Origin: a virus | DNA: 7,191 bases | IMG/VR virus record: IMGVR_UViG_3300031416_000241 | Coordinates: 1 to 7,191 of that record | Strand: one strand, 5' to 3' | Shown here: positions 5,299 through 7,191 of the stretch, in pieces | Layout of the letters: the number at the start of each line of letters is the position of its first letter | Numbering within the stretch: the stretch's first letter is position 1 | Program-made: the position numbers and the translations under genes | The notes under the pieces: generated by a model | Database searches by the model: none | The model's input: only the letters and a program-made list of their open reading frames with translations | What the model was told of the DNA's origin: nothing

Positions 5299-6360
5299 AT
5301 GCCTATTTATGCTTATGTTGGGACGCCGGGGGCTGGTAAGTCTCATGAGTGCGTTAAGTCTGTTATTGTTCCTGCGTTCCTTTCTGGTCGCAGGGTGGTA
5401 ACTAATATTGATGGCTTAGATCCTCAAGCTATTCATGATTATTGTTTGAAACAGACTAAAGGCGATGAATCTTCTTTTGGTTCTATTGAGGTTGTTACTG
5501 ATTCTGAGGTAATTGCTGAGGGTTTTTTCCCGCATAAGCTTGATGATGGCGGTTATACCGGTGAGGGCTTTGTTAAGCCAGGCGATTTAGTTTGTCTTGA
5601 CGAGGTTTGGCGTTTCTGGGGTTCTGATAAGAATCTTAATACCGGTCATAGGGATTTCATTTCTGAGCATCGCCATTTTGAGCATCCTGAGACTGGTATT
5701 TCTTGCGATATTGTTTTGATGAATCAGGCTTTAGATACAATGGCTCGATTCGTTAAATCGCGTATAGAAACCACTTTTCGCATGTCTAAGCTTAATGCTT
5801 TAGGTTTGAGTAAGCGTTACAGGGTTGATATTTATTCTGGCGTTAAGTTGTTTAAGAGTTATAAAACTTCTACTTCTTATAGTAAGTATGACAAGGATAT
5901 TTTTACATTATATAAATCTACCAGTGGAGGTCAGGGTAATGCGGCAACTGTTGATTCACGTCAAAACATTTTTTCTCACGCTAAGGTATGGGTACTTATT
6001 TTCGGCCTTATCTGCATGTTTGGTCTTAGCTTCTTTTTTATTGCAAAGTTCTTTTCTAAAGGATCTAGCTCTCATAGTTCTTCAACTTCTAACAGTGTTT
6101 CTCCTTCTATGGATAAACCTTCTGTATCGGGTGTTGGGGGATCTCCGGCGCAGGTTAAGGAAGTAGTTCCTGCTTCTGACTTGTCTAAGGATTGGCGTAT
6201 ATCTGGCACTCTTTTTCAGCACGGCTCTAATTTTGTTATTTTAGTTAGTACTTCTGGTTCTTTTCGTGTTGTAAGTAAAACTAATTTTCATGGTTCTGGT
6301 TATTCTTTATTTGGCATCGTTGATGGTCAGCGCGTAACTTATTACAGTGGGTCAAAATGA
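5299..6360 (+). CDS. Phage assembly protein, Zot / gI family P-loop NTPase
   Basis: 353 aa. N-terminal Walker A GTPGAGKS within MPIYAYVGTPGAGKSHECV...GRRVVTNIDGL. Walker B-like LVCLDEVW. Single TM (VWVLIFGLICMFGLSFFFIA), then a Ser-rich periplasmic C-domain. This is the standard gI/Zot architecture. Confidence 0.9.
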   Translation: MPIYAYVGTPGAGKSHECVKSVIVPAFLSGRRVVTNIDGLDPQAIHDYCLKQTKGDESSFGSIEVVTDSEVIAEGFFPHKLDDGGYTGEGFVKPGDLVCLDEVWRFWGSDKNLNTGHRDFISEHRHFEHPETGISCDIVLMNQALDTMARFVKSRIETTFRMSKLNALGLSKRYRVDIYSGVKLFKSYKTSTSYSKYDKDIFTLYKSTSGGQGNAATVDSRQNIFSHAKVWVLIFGLICMFGLSFFFIAKFFSKGSSSHSSSTSNSVSPSMDKPSVSGVGGSPAQVKEVVPASDLSKDWRISGTLFQHGSNFVILVSTSGSFRVVSKTNFHGSGYSLFGIVDGQRVTYYSGSK

Positions 6361-7191
6361 AAAAATTAATTTTATCAATCTTGTTTTTCCCTTTATTATC
6401 GTTTGCTAATGGTGTTGATTTTTCTATTGATTCGATGCCTCTGAGTAAGGCTATTACTTTATTTTATGGTCAGGTTTTATATCAGCCTTTTATGATTTCA
6501 CCGGATGTTATTACTGACCCTTCTTTAGTGACTTTTCATGTTACGCCTAATTTAGATGCGAAGAAGTTCTTTGTTTCTTATCTTAATAATATGGGGTATG
6601 GGGTTAAGGTTAAGGATAAAGCGGATTATATTTATAAGCTTAAAACTGTTCAGCCTGTTGTTCCTAAATTTACATTTGTGTATACACCTAAATATCGTAG
6701 TGTTAGTTATTTGCAGGGTGTTTTATCAGGTGTTGTGTCCGGTTCTTTTGGTCATTCATCTGGTGGTACTTCTTATGCTGGCGGTGCTTCATCTAATAGC
6801 ACTTCATTAAGTTCTTCTTTTAATTCTGCTTCTGATGAACTCGTTTTCTTTGGTTCATCTGAGGATATTCGCAGAATTAAACAGGTATTACCTGATATTG
6901 ATACTCAGAGTTCAGAGGTTTATGTTGGTGGCTATGTTTATGAGGTTCAAACCACAAAGCAGGAGGGGTCTGGTTTACAGCTTGCGGCGCAGCTTCTTTC
7001 TCAGAAGCTTTCTTTACAGATTGGCGGTTCATCCTCTACAGGTTCTGACAATTTCATTAAATTCACTTCTGGTAATTTGTCGGCGTTGGTAAATCTTTTT
7101 AATCAAGACAGCCGGTTTACAGAGGTAAGTTCTCCCAGCTTGCGGGTTATCTCTGGTGACTCAGCATCTTTCTCAGTTGGTGAAGATGTTC
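6357..7191 (+). CDS. Secretin (gIV-like), N-terminal part; runs off the window end and continues at base 1
   Basis: The ATG overlaps the gI stop (ATGA, 6357..6360). Signal peptide MKKLILSILFFPLLSFA|NG. I translated 6357..7191 by hand and found no stops. N-domain pattern VDFSIDSMPLSKAITLFYGQVLYQPFMISPDV...; LVFFGSSEDIRRIKQVLPDIDTQSSEVYVGGYVYEVQ parallels Ff pIV LLVVSAPKDILDNLPQFLSTVDLPTDQILIEGLIFEVQ. The full CDS is 6357..7064 + 1..504 = 1212 nt (403 aa). Confidence 0.9.
   Translation, partial: MKKLILSILFFPLLSFANGVDFSIDSMPLSKAITLFYGQVLYQPFMISPDVITDPSLVTFHVTPNLDAKKFFVSYLNNMGYGVKVKDKADYIYKLKTVQPVVPKFTFVYTPKYRSVSYLQGVLSGVVSGSFGHSSGGTSYAGGASSNSTSLSSSFNSASDELVFFGSSEDIRRIKQVLPDIDTQSSEVYVGGYVYEVQTTKQEGSGLQLAAQLLSQKLSLQIGGSSSTGSDNFIKFTSGNLSALVNLFNQDSRFTEVSSPSLRVISGDSASFSVGEDV
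7065..7191. repeat. Terminal overlap copy 2, identical to 1..127
   Basis: Same as copy 1. A 127-nt overlap is the kind of k-mer-length overlap that de Bruijn assemblers leave on circular contigs (inference). Confidence 0.95.

Larger units (their letters stand above)
1..7064 (+). mobile_element. Complete genome unit of a filamentous ssDNA phage (inovirus-like), circularly permuted so the secretin gene spans the window ends
   Basis: Gene order is rep / gV-position ORF / small ORF / major coat / terminator / gIII-like / gVI-like / Zot-gI-like / secretin, all on one strand with 0-15 nt gaps. 1..127 is identical to 7065..7191, so the unit is 7064 bp. The ORF open at the right end continues in frame into 1..504. 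Confidence 0.9.

Noticed and set aside
1-7064. Search for an integrase, transposase, toxin-antitoxin pair or known defence/anti-defence genes
   Set aside because: Every ORF of credible size is accounted for by the inovirus core set plus one small regulator. No additional cargo-sized gap exists in 7,064 bp.

Overview
The window is one complete, circularly permuted genome of a filamentous ssDNA phage (inovirus-like). The unit is 7,064 bp, followed by an exact 127-bp terminal overlap (1..127 = 7065..7191). The + strand carries tightly packed genes in the canonical inovirus order: rolling-circle replication protein (gII-like), putative ssDNA-binding protein (gV position), a 66-aa coat-like ORF, major coat protein (gVIII-like), an intrinsic terminator, adsorption protein (gIII-like), gVI-like minor coat protein, Zot/gI-like P-loop assembly protein, and a gIV-like secretin. 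The secretin ORF is absent from the ORF track because linearisation splits it (6357..7064 joined to 1..504). One small - strand gene (929..1126) looks like a ribbon-helix-helix regulator. It diverges from the replication gene across an AT-rich control region. A 424-bp intergenic region (505..928) looks GC-richer than the rest and is dense in hairpins, iteron-like repeats and a pyrimidine tract. It probably holds the origin, packaging signal and possibly an attachment function. I see no integrase, transposase, CRISPR array, tRNA/rRNA or recognisable defence system. Points worth follow-up are a leaderless paralog of the major coat gene, an Ff-like self-encoded secretin combined with a repressor-like switch and no recombinase, the repeat architecture of the intergenic region, and a 27-aa hydrophobic mini-ORF that may be a missing virion-tip protein. 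Host and exact phage identity cannot be determined from the sequence alone.
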